From: an uncultured Clostridia bacterium
GTDB lineage: Bacteria > Bacillota > Clostridia > Christensenellales > UBA1242
Assembly (NCBI GenBank): GCA_947630405.1
Contig: CANRHL010000001.1
Coordinates: 92,971 to 156,970 of the forward strand
Reading direction: 5' to 3'
DNA length: 64,000 bases
The stretch's first letter is position 1; every line of letters starts with the position of its first letter. The translations under genes and the position numbers were made by a program. This document shows, in pieces, positions 53,876 to 63,600 of this stretch. Under the pieces are notes generated by a model. It was not told the origin of the DNA and did no database searches. It saw only the letters and a list, made by a program, of their open reading frames with translations.

Positions 53876-54706
53876 ATGAAAAATGATGTAAATGAAGCCG
53901 AATTGAAGGACGAACTTTTATTTTGCCTTTTTAAAGATGCCGAACTCCCTGTTAAAACGGACTTAAGCGAGCAAGATAAAGATAAATTTTTGCACGCACT
54001 CTTTTTAACGCGGGCGGAAGATAGTGTGGAAGAAAAACTTTTGGCGGTGCAAAATAAATATTTAAGTTTAAAAAATAAAAAATCTTGCGTTGACGTGAAT
54101 AGTTTAAAATTTAAAAATAATATTGCCTATGTAGATAACATTTTAAATTTAAATTGTGATTTGGTTGTTGTGATTAGTGAGAACTTGCTTGAAAATGTTA
54201 ATAAGTTGTTTTCCCATAGCGTGGATAATGAACTTATCTTAAATGCGGGGCTAGAATTTAAGGCGGATTTAATAAAGCAACTAAAGGCAAACAACGGGCA
54301 GATAGATTACTCTAAACCATACATATTAAGTGGCTATAATTTAAATGCAAAAAATATTGCAAAAATAATTTATAACAAAAAATTATTAAATTTAATCAAT
54401 TTTAACGAAAAAATTAACAAAAATAATGAAAATTACATTAAATTTTTAAATATTTTAAAAAATAATATAGATTTTTTATTTAATTTTATTTTTTCCAACA
54501 ACATAAAATCGGCCGCGTTTTGCTTTAACTTTGAAACCGCCCCGCAAGCGAACGGACCTGCCGCTGACGGCGCGAGCGAGTTGAAAGCGAAAGCCAATGA
54601 AGAGAGCAAAAACGAAAAATTAATTGCTGCTATAAATAAAGAAATAACAAATTATATAATTTTAAAAAATAAAAAGAGCAAAACCAAATTAATTTTTAAT
54701 TTATAA
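53876..54706 (+). CDS. degenerate macro-domain-like protein (protein-ADP-ribose hydrolase family relative lacking the consensus motifs)
   Basis: Collinear with the family pattern as I recall it: LLAVQNKYLS; NIAYVDNILNLNCDLVVVISEN (vs wqGDITxLxvDAIVNAAN); SVDNELILNAG (vs CIDNaIHxxAG); ILSGYNLNAKNIAKIIYN (vs ITxGYNLPAKYViHTVGP); FCFNFETAP (vs isTGvfxfP). Confidence 0.4.
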   Translation: MKNDVNEAELKDELLFCLFKDAELPVKTDLSEQDKDKFLHALFLTRAEDSVEEKLLAVQNKYLSLKNKKSCVDVNSLKFKNNIAYVDNILNLNCDLVVVISENLLENVNKLFSHSVDNELILNAGLEFKADLIKQLKANNGQIDYSKPYILSGYNLNAKNIAKIIYNKKLLNLINFNEKINKNNENYIKFLNILKNNIDFLFNFIFSNNIKSAAFCFNFETAPQANGPAADGASELKAKANEESKNEKLIAAINKEITNYIILKNKKSKTKLIFNL

Positions 54707-54766
54707 ACATAAAAAACAAATAAAAAAGCAAACGGAAAATTAAAAATTTTTATTACGTTTGTTTTT

Positions 54767-55228
54767 TTACATAAAGCGATATAATTGAATATTGCTATTT
54801 TCTAGGGCGGTTACAAGGCCCAATAAAATTTCATTTACAGTATTTAGTGAGTTTAAAGAAAATTGTTTAAAATATTCTTTTTGCTCAAATTTATGCCAAA
54901 AAATCAATTTTTTTTGTAAATTTGCTAGCATTTTTAAGAAATTAAATAAATTTTTTTCTTTAATTTCATTTTTGTTAATTTTAAAATTAAAGGTTGAATT
55001 AAAATTTTCAACAAGTTTTTTTAGTTCGCCTTCCGCCATTTGTAGCCCTTGCCTTAAAACCTGATTTGATTTGGCAACTAAAAGCGGAGTGGCGTTTTGC
55101 AAGGTTAATAAATCATTAAAAATATAATAAATATTTTCGTCACGATTAAAAGAAATATTTTCGTTAAATTTATTTTCTAAAAATTTATATTCTTCATCAT
55201 TTAAAATAGGGTAATCGTTATATTCCAT
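54767..55228 (-). CDS. hypothetical protein (153 aa), predicted helical
   Basis: ORF only; no SD. Confidence 0.45.
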   Translation of the reverse strand: MEYNDYPILNDEEYKFLENKFNENISFNRDENIYYIFNDLLTLQNATPLLVAKSNQVLRQGLQMAEGELKKLVENFNSTFNFKINKNEIKEKNLFNFLKMLANLQKKLIFWHKFEQKEYFKQFSLNSLNTVNEILLGLVTALENSNIQLYRFM

Positions 55229-55274
55229 ACTGAATATATTATTTTTTTTATCTTTTTAGAATTATTTATTAAAA

Positions 55275-55895
55275 TTAATCAATTGTTAGTGTGTCCATAT
55301 TTAAAGTGGTGGCAAACTCTAACCTTGAATTGTAACTTTTTAATATGCCCTTTCTTACGCCTTCGTGTGAGCGTTTTTCGGCCGATTTCCTTAGCATGTT
55401 GCCTTTTGCTCTATTTATAACATTTAAATTCCTTAAATATCTATCGTTTTCTTCCTTAAGTTTTTGTTGGCATGAAGTTTTTAAATAATCAATTAAAGCG
55501 GTTTTATAGTTTTCACCAAAAATTAAATACATATATTTATAAAAATCGATATTTCTTAAAAAATAACTAGTGGCGTAGTTGTTATTATTAAAGAGTTTTC
55601 CGTGCATATCAAGTTGAAAATCCTTAATTTTAAGCCCGAAAACATAACTTTTTACAAAATAGCCATTAACATATTTTTCCACAACCGCATCTATGATATC
55701 ATAATCAAAGTTATTGTTAACTTCTTGCGCGTTGTTGTGTTTACCATAAATAAAAATTAATTTTTCGCTTGGCGAAATCCTATATTCAACATTGTTTTGC
55801 GTGCTAAGGGTTTCGGATTTGCCGGCCTTTGCCAAAAATAGCATTAATAGTGATGTTAATTCTTGTTTGTTTAATCTAAAATCATATTTTTTCAT
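55275..55895 (-). CDS. hypothetical protein (206 aa)
   Basis: GGAG SD 6 nt upstream; no motif recognised. Confidence 0.55.
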   Translation of the reverse strand: MKKYDFRLNKQELTSLLMLFLAKAGKSETLSTQNNVEYRISPSEKLIFIYGKHNNAQEVNNNFDYDIIDAVVEKYVNGYFVKSYVFGLKIKDFQLDMHGKLFNNNNYATSYFLRNIDFYKYMYLIFGENYKTALIDYLKTSCQQKLKEENDRYLRNLNVINRAKGNMLRKSAEKRSHEGVRKGILKSYNSRLEFATTLNMDTLTID

Positions 55896-55959
55896 TTGTA
55901 ACTCCGCGCTAATTATAACACGAAAAACATATTTGTCAATAGGAAAAATAAAAAAGAGC

Positions 55960-57348
55960 TTAATTGCTCTTAATTATTTCATATTCGTTTTTAGGTTTAT
56001 CTAAAATTGTGTAACCGTAACTTACAATTTCGTCACGCAATTTATCGCTTGTTGCATAGTCCTTATTAATTCTTGCTAATTTTCTTTTTTCGGCAATTTC
56101 AATAATATTTTCAGGAATAATTTGTTTTTCCTCTTTAACTTCGCTTAATTTTAAACCTAAAAAGCGGTCAAAATCCAACACTAAATTATAAATATCCTTG
56201 CTATCCTTATAATTTTTAAGTGCGTCCCACACAACAGATAGGGCAAGTGGGCTGTTAACATCGTCAGCAATATAACTAGTAAATTTTTCTTTTAATTCAT
56301 TTAATTTTTCTTTTTCAATTAAATTTTGCCCATTTTTATGTTTAATTAACAATTTTTTTAAATTATTTAAACTTTCTTTTGCATTATTTAATGCTTCAAA
56401 AGTGAAATTTTGTGGTTTTGAATAGTGCGCAGTTAAATAGAAATATCTTAAATCCATTGGCGAAAAGCCCTTTTCTTTAATTTGGGTTAGGGTGTAAATT
56501 CCGCCTGCGGATTTACTCATTTTGCCGCCATTAAACATAAGGTGTTCAAGGTGGAACCAAATATCAACCACTTGATGCCCGCATTTTGCATAATTTTGCG
56601 CAATTTCATTTTCGTGATGCACGGTTTTATGCTCAACACCGCCGCCGTGCAAGTCGATATGTTCGCCTAAAAATTTGTTGCCAATTGCGCTGCACTCTAT
56701 GTGCCAGCCGGGGTAGCCAACACCCCACGGGCTATCCCAACGCTGAATATGGTTATCCCTTGCCTTAACCCACAGCACAAAGTCTGCCGGATTACGCTTG
56801 AATTCGTCCACATCAATGCGCGCGCCAAACTGCTTTTCGTTCTGGTTCATGCCGCCGAGTGCGCCATAATTAGGGCATTTGCTTGTGTCATAATAAACAC
56901 CGTTTTCAGTTATATAGCCATAGCCGTTATCTAAAATTTGCTTAACAAAGGCAATAATTTCCTTAATTACGCTAGTTGCGGGGCAGATGTGTTCGGGCGT
57001 TTCAATGTTAAGCGCTTGCATATCCGCAAAGCAAATGTCCCAATAAAACTTTGCCACTTCTTCCGGCGTTTTGTGTTCGCGCTTGCTGGCAACTTCCATT
57101 TTATCTTCGCCCTCGTCGGCATCGCTGGTCATGTGGCCCACATCGGTTATGTTCATAACGTGATTAATATTGTAACCTAAATATTTAACTGCCCGCCTAA
57201 CTGAATCCATAACAAAAAATGCACGCATATTACCAATGTGTTGAAACCAATAAACAGTTGGCCCGCAAAAATAATAATTAACTGTGTTGTTAATTGGCTT
57301 AAGGGCTTGCTTTTGCCTTGTGAGTGAATTGTAAATTTTTAATTCCAT
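55960..57348 (-). CDS. cysS: cysteine--tRNA ligase
   Basis: The start MELKIYNSLTRQK at 57348 follows AAAGGAAAATT. HIGN (HIGH) motif, KMSKS motif, and Zn ligands in the CGPTVY and WHIECSA contexts. Confidence 0.95.
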   Translation of the reverse strand: MELKIYNSLTRQKQALKPINNTVNYYFCGPTVYWFQHIGNMRAFFVMDSVRRAVKYLGYNINHVMNITDVGHMTSDADEGEDKMEVASKREHKTPEEVAKFYWDICFADMQALNIETPEHICPATSVIKEIIAFVKQILDNGYGYITENGVYYDTSKCPNYGALGGMNQNEKQFGARIDVDEFKRNPADFVLWVKARDNHIQRWDSPWGVGYPGWHIECSAIGNKFLGEHIDLHGGGVEHKTVHHENEIAQNYAKCGHQVVDIWFHLEHLMFNGGKMSKSAGGIYTLTQIKEKGFSPMDLRYFYLTAHYSKPQNFTFEALNNAKESLNNLKKLLIKHKNGQNLIEKEKLNELKEKFTSYIADDVNSPLALSVVWDALKNYKDSKDIYNLVLDFDRFLGLKLSEVKEEKQIIPENIIEIAEKRKLARINKDYATSDKLRDEIVSYGYTILDKPKNEYEIIKSN

Positions 57349-57639
57349 AATTTTCCTTTTTATATTTTTTTGCTTAATTATTTTATTAAAAAATTTTAAA
57401 TTTGTCAATAAAAGTTCAATAATTTTATCTAAATTCAAAAAAATAGCCAAAAAATACGCATTTTTTAATAAAATTTAAACAAATTTTAATTATTTTTTAA
57501 TTTTTCGTCCATTTTTCCGCCTATATATTTTTATAATATTAATTATAAAAAATTGTGATAATTATTTGATAAATAAATTTTAATGTGTTAAACTATTAGT
57601 GAATTAAGAAAAGCATTTAGTTCGTACATAAGGGGAAAA

Positions 57640-60600
57640 ATGACGAAGTTAAATAAAAAACATTTTATTTTGATGTTCATTTTGGCAATTGCTTGTGCCG
57701 TGTTTTTTGGTTGCGGGCAGGAAGTGATTGTTGAAGGCATAAATTTTGCCGATAAAAACATTGTGCTTTTGGTGGGCGAAAGTTATACACCAAATGTGGA
57801 TGTTTACCCAAGTTATTCTTCCGGCTATGAACTAACAAGTTTAAACACCGCGGTTGCCACAATTTCAAACGGCAAAATTAACGCAATAAGCGAAGGCACT
57901 GCCACAATTAAAGTTGTTGCCACAGATAATCGTTCACTTGAAGATGTTATGACAATCCGCGTGTTGTCTAATAGCGTTACGCTTGAAAGCCCAACGGTAA
58001 ATTACAACGCAGAAAATCAAACAATATATTTTAGCCCGGTTGCTAACGCGGTTGGTTACACCTTAAAAATTAACAACAACACAATTGACCTTGGCAATTA
58101 TTATAGTTATTCGCTTGCAAGGCTGCAAACCGAGTTTGGCTCGGCTTACGATAACGTTTTAAACATTTCAGTTAAGGCAAACGCGCCAACATATACGCGC
58201 GCTTTTGTGGAATCTAATTACTCAGCCAGCAAGGCAATTTATCAAGTTAAAGCAATTGAAAATGTGAGTGTTGTTGGCGGCGTTCTTCACTTTGATGTGA
58301 ATAGCAGCGCAAGTTATAGTTTTAGCATTAATGACGATAGGTTGATGGTCGGCGATTATAGTGCGGGCGTAAACTTAACGGATATAACAAACTACGGAGC
58401 CAATCTTGCAAAATACGCAGGCAAAAACGCAACACTAAAAGTTGTTGCCGAACGTGCAGTTGAGGGTGCAGAAGTTTACCCAGCAACTGCAAGTTTGCCG
58501 GTTTACATATTGGATGCTCCAAACCGCCTTGAGTTTAGCGGCGATGTTGTTTCGTGGAACAATGTTTTAAATGCGTCTAAATATACGGTGCTTTTAGACA
58601 GTGAAAAAGTTAAAGAAGTTAACACAAATTTCGTAGATTTAACCAGTTTGGAAAATGATAAGTATAACGAAATTGAAGCGGGCCACACTTACACTTTGAA
58701 AATTGAATCGGCAATTGCATTAGATAGCAAAAATATACTTGGCTGCGGCAAATTTATTAGCCAACAAATTTCAAGAAAACCAACCTTAGATTTAACACCA
58801 CACAACAACATTGTGTGGTGGCCATATTCATCTAACAGGTTTGAAGCCACCATTTCTTACGATGATAAAGTTGAAACTTTTGCGCTTGTAAATAGCCAGT
58901 TAAACCTAGATAGTTATGCGGGCGGCAAAACTTACAAAATAAAAGTTAAAACGCTTGGAAATTTGGAAAGGGATGGCATTTACTATTTGCCGGGCAAGGA
59001 AAGTGAAACTAGCATAACAAAGCAACTAAGTGTGGAGTTATCTTACGATAATATTAGCGAAAAAGTTTTAACTTTCACCGCATCGGCAGACGATAGTTTT
59101 AAAGCATATTTAGATGAAGAGAATGAAGAAACGCTTAATAACAATGCGGGAACAATAACTTTTGATTTGTCTAGACGCAACATAGCGGAAGGAACGCATA
59201 CAATAAACGTTAAGCGCGCAGGCAACAATAGAGAAATTTTTGATAGCGATGTTACAACTTTAACCTTCATTCAATTGGGGCAAATAAATAATATTGAAAT
59301 TATTAATAGCCACGCAACAATAGTGCGAAGCGAAGCCAACCAAAATGGCATGGTTGTGTTCACAATTAAAAAGAATGTTGGCGGAGAGAAAACAATTGAA
59401 CTTGAAACCGAAAACTCCGCGTTAATCGATAGCGAAAATGATGACTTTTACACGGCTGGGCTTTACACAATTTCGGTTGCCATTAAGGGGGATAACAAAC
59501 GAGTGTTCACCGCACCTACAAGCGAATATAACATTCCATTTAACGTTTTAGATATTCCAACACTTTCAATTTTATCAACCAACGCAAGCGAAATAAATTT
59601 TGCCGGGATTGATAATGCAAGCGAATATAATGTTTTTGAAGATGGAAGCAAGAAAAATTATTCGTTGGAAAGTGAAGGCAATTATAAGTTTAATATAATC
59701 ATTTTAGATGGCGAAACAAAAAAATATAAAGTTCAAACAATAGGCGATGGCGTGCACTTTTTAAATTCAAAAGTTTCTGATGAATTTGTGGTTAGCCGCC
59801 TATCTCGCCCAACTGTAAAATACAACAATGAAACAAACCATCTTGAAATTAGCGGAAATGATGAAAATCTTCTTACTAATCCGCAACACATGGTTACTGT
59901 TAACGGCGTTAGTGTGGATGAGGGTTCTAGCCTAAATTTGTTAGAGGGCACAAATGTTGTTAAAGCTTTTGCAAACGCGGTTAATCAATATGAAGGGGTT
60001 AATTATTTAAGTTCAACCGAAACCGAAATAACTATTGAAAAAATTGAGGCGGCAACTGCTTTTTCGGTGGTGGATAATCAAAAAATTAAATTAACAAGAA
60101 ATCCAAACGTTAAAACTCGCTATAAACTTTATGTGGAAATCACAACAACTCAAACAGGTTACATTTTTGACGAAAAAGACAACAAACTAACCAGCAGAAT
60201 TGGAAATGTGGATTTGCCACTAAGTTATGAAGATGATTGTTACATAATTACCTTAGAAAATAATTTTGAAAAACTTATTCCAAATGAGGATAATGAGTTA
60301 ACAATAAAAGTTAAATATTTAGCAGATGGCTTTGAAAATGTTGCCAATAGCGAGCAAGTAACACAAACAATTTCTTATTTACAAAAAACCACCCTTTCAA
60401 GAGAGGGGCAGAACATTGTGGTTTCTAATTTAACTGAAACGCGCGATGTTGATAATTATGCAATGCTAATTAATGGGGAATATCTACCATTAAACAACGC
60501 AATAAAAGATGGCCAAAACATTAAAGTTGATATAGCATTATTAGATGAATTTTTAACAAGTTCGCCAAATGAAGTTAAAGTTGTAACTCTTAATTTTGAT

Positions 60601-63600
60601 TACTCCGAAAAACTAACTCTTGCATCAATTAGCGAGCCAATTTATGTTGAGCGCGCGGGCAAAATTGAATTAATTTCAACAAAGGATAATGAGGATAGAA
60701 ACAACTCGGTTGTTGTTAGTGTTAATGCGCTTGATGTGGAATATGATTTAATATATGTGTTTGAAATAACCGATGGCGAAGGCTCGCCTTTAACCACCCT
60801 TAAATTTTCAAAAGGGCATGAAAAGAATGGATTAATTTCGTTCGATTTGGATGAGAAATTAGATAAGGTTTTAGAGGAATTTAAAGCCGAAATTAATATT
60901 AGCGCACACGTTGAAACAGTGGGCAGTTATGAGAACGAAAAAATAGTGCAAGTGTTCAACTCGCTTGATTCCAACACCATTAATTTAACAATGGTTGAGG
61001 CCGCAACAGAATTGTACATTGAAAATAACCATTTAAAATTTACCGAATCAATTTCCGACTACGTTGAAGGTTATGATATTTATGTTGACGCAGGCACGGG
61101 CGAACTAACAAAGGTTAACGCTCATCCGGTTACAACCAACGATTACGACCTAAATGATTATGTTGGCAAACTCACAGGTTTGGCAGTGCGCGCCATTGCT
61201 TCAAGCGAGCTTGCTGGTTACACAAACTCGTTATTGTCGCTTAAAATTAGTGCAATTAAACTTTCTAACCCCGACATTAAAATTGTTAATGGCGATGTTG
61301 TTTTAACGCTTCCTAACGAAGCTCAAACTTTGCTTGACTCGGAAATTGAGGCGGAAATTTTAATAAGCATTAAAAACGGCGAAACAATTTTAAACTTAAG
61401 CGAATTAAAACAAAATACTGACGACAGTTTCATAATTGAACCGAACCAATTTTTAACCTATTTAGACATCAATTTGCAAACCAGCGAAAGTGTGGATTTT
61501 AAAATTTTAGTTAACCTTGCTGCGGGTGGGGAAACTTATTATTTGAATTCCGACCCAGTAACTTTACAATGCACGGGAATTTTTAGCCCAACCAAAGTTG
61601 ATGTTAGTGCAGAACAAAATTTGGAAACAATTGTTTGGACAAAAAGCGAAAATAACATGCTTGATGATGAAGATATAACCGCTGGCTTTGTGTTTAAAAT
61701 TGAATATGAGGGAGTAATTTATTATTCAAACGATGAAAATTTAGTTTACAAGCAAAATGATGAATTTATTCCATACGATGCAATTATAAATGGCGAAAGT
61801 GCCCCATTCCCTTATGGCTATAAAGTGAACGGGGATAAAACAGATTGCGAAATTGTGTTTGGCTCGGGCGAATATAAAATTAGCGTTAAGACCGTGCCTT
61901 TGAATTTGGATGGACACAATTTTGTTTGTTCGGATTATATAACAGTTATTAAAACAATAATTCCAGTGCCAAAAATTTGGTCGTCAGACGGCTGCTTAAA
62001 ATGGAATTCAAACGACCTTGTGCAAGAATATCGCGTTGTGATTTATGACGATACTTTTAAACAGGTTAAAAAGGATTTTAGAATCCCTAATGATAACCAA
62101 ATTATTTCGTTTGACTTTTCTTCAAACGATAACGAGTTTGACAATTTCTACGGCATTTTTGGTATAACAGTGCAAGCAATTAGCAAAACGGAAGATGTGG
62201 ATGTTGTGGATAGCCTTGCAACCGAAATGTTCTATGTTTATCGCATGAAAGAGGCTTCCGGTGCGTTTATAGATGATGGCGCAATTGTGCTTGAGGCAAA
62301 CGACTTGTTCAGCAGCGCTCAACTTACCTTTAGCAATGGAAAAACCAGCACCACAATTGACTATTTTAGGCCTTTGGATGCCGAACAAGCGCGAAACGAT
62401 TTAAAAATTGCAAGTTGGAAGGAAGCCGAAGGAAAAGAAATTGGCAAAGAAAAGAATATTATAGTTAACTTCTCAAACAACAACACAATACTGTCGCTTG
62501 TTGAAGGTGGGGATTTCACAACCTTAAGTGTAAGGCTAATTGGCAACTCGTTCTCTGAAATTTCAACTGGCTCCTTAGTGATATTAAATTCAAAAGTTAA
62601 AACAATTACTGACTTAAAATCCACCAAATTAAAATCTAGTTTATATGAAATTGCAAAGGGCAGTTATAAATTTAAATTGGATGGTCATAACGCAAATTCT
62701 AACTTCAACCATCAGTTTATTGCAGACGTGGAAGATGAGTTTGTTAAAAAAGCACCAATCTTTAAAATAAATTTAACAATTGGCGAAAAAATTTACGATT
62801 TCTATGCAATTGATTATGACTATTTCATAGCACAAAAAGGCACCTTAAGCCAAGACGCATTTGAGGAAATTAAAACTAATGGCCTATATGCCACATATAT
62901 TTACAACCATTCACAAGAAAACAAAATGTACTTTAATGTGTTTGAAAACAACATAATCAATTTCAACAACACCAATTTTAATTTCTACCCATTAAGGCAA
63001 ACAATAGAAAAATCCACCGGCATATTTGAATATTCTAGCGAAGGGCTACAAACCATCAACTTGTTGGATGGCGGAGTGTTCACAATTTATTCAACAGTGT
63101 TGGGCGGAGATAGTTTTGATGAAGAAGGAATTCTTCATGGCTATTTAACCAGCAACAATTCAACCACATTTAATTACATTCGTTATGAAACAATTAAACC
63201 GGATGGTGAAGATGGGCTTATTAAGTTTAAAAATTTGCAGCCAAAACGTGGTGCATTGAATGTGGATTACCCAGTTTACGAACTGCAAATTACTCCAAAC
63301 AACGCAGAAATTACTTACTACATTTATTTGTATTATGCGGGCAACTATTATAATGGTGGAGCGCTTAACGCAGCAAAAGAAATTTCAACCAAACAGGGAA
63401 CAACTGATAAAAACCCACAATTTGTTGCAATTGACCAAACAAATATTGTAGAGGGTTTTGTTGTATTTGATATTACAAAATATATATCATCATTTAGTTA
63501 TTCTAACTACACAATAAAAATTAGAACATATGCCAACAAAGGTTCGGGCAACTCAATTGTGGGCAATATAGATGAATCCTATTTCTTGCTTGATGCTAAG

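Noticed and set aside
57349-57639. T-box or other riboswitch upstream of cysS
   Set aside because: The region is almost pure A/T, with no GGTGGTA T-box core or stable stems. It looks like a plain divergent promoter region between cysS and the giant lipoprotein gene.
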